From Chiloscyllium plagiosum (lineage: Eukaryota), in the NCBI RefSeq assembly GCF_004010195.1, contig NC_057751.1, forward strand, positions 19,621,994-19,685,993: 64,000 nt of DNA, in the 5' to 3' direction. Positions 63,391-64,000 of this stretch are shown here, piece by piece. A program made the translations under genes and the position numbers. The notes under the pieces were generated by a model. It saw nothing but the letters and a program-made list of their open reading frames with translations. It was not told where the DNA came from and did no database searches. Within the stretch, counting starts at the first letter, position 1. Each line of letters starts with the position of its first letter.

Positions 63391-64000
63391 TAATTTTAAT
63401 ATTGAGTTGATCCTGGAGAATTAAATGTAGTCACCACTTTTATTGTATTTGCATAAGAACTTGTTTTAACCTATTCTGTTGGAAACAGCAAAAACTTTAT
63501 GCTCTTTTGGTCCTTTCTGCAGCACCACTTGGGGTCTGTACCATCCACTGGACACTAGGCCCACTGATAAAACTGAACAAGGTGAGGGCCCAGATGGTCA
63601 CTTGGCTGAATTTTAATCTGCTCCTATTATCAAAACTTCTGGCCCCAAAAAATGTAGTTCCAAATTCTTCAACAGGTTTGTCTGAGCCCAAAAACTGAAC
63701 ACAGAAGTTTCCAGGTCTTGTTTTGCTAAGTTACCTACAAAGGAATAAGGAAAGGTAGGTGCTCAGTTCTTTCTCAGTATATTTATGTTGTGCTCTGGTC
63801 TTTAATTAACACCTTTTATGTTAAGCTATTGATCAAGCAAATCAAGTTCCAATAAAATGTCCTAGTCCCCATTTTCATCTACATCAGCTCCCATTTGCAA
63901 TTTATCTGCATACTCACTGAAATCTCAGAGGATTGCAGAGGCTGGAGAAAGTCACATAGATATGGCTGGAGCTATTGGTGGGGTGGGGGTGGGGTGCACA

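Overview
Vertebrate genomic DNA, most likely a shark: it carries HE1/V-SINE-like and Deu-domain SacSINE1-like SINEs plus abundant CR1 LINEs. The window holds three protein-coding genes. These are the last coding exon of NEMP1 (+, 1241-1376), the complete DNAJC14 gene (+, CpG promoter ~7.3-7.7 kb, six coding exons 23210-46586, 837 aa) and the complete ORMDL2 gene (-, promoter ~60.3-60.4 kb, three coding exons 57126-52708, 153 aa), convergent with DNAJC14. Introns are packed with nested retroelements. Two non-genic signals stand out. (1) About a dozen short Penelope-like insertions carry minimal type-I hammerhead ribozyme cores (CUGANGA-N-stem II-GAAA-palindromic helix III), many with target-site duplications. 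Two look structurally complete (34412-34449, inside a perfect 80-bp fold-back, and 40293-40333). (2) A CR1-clade LINE has a tRNA-like Pol III head at its 5' end and no room for ORF1, and the common short SINE here looks like its internal-deletion derivative. All family names come from recall and manual inspection; no searches were run.
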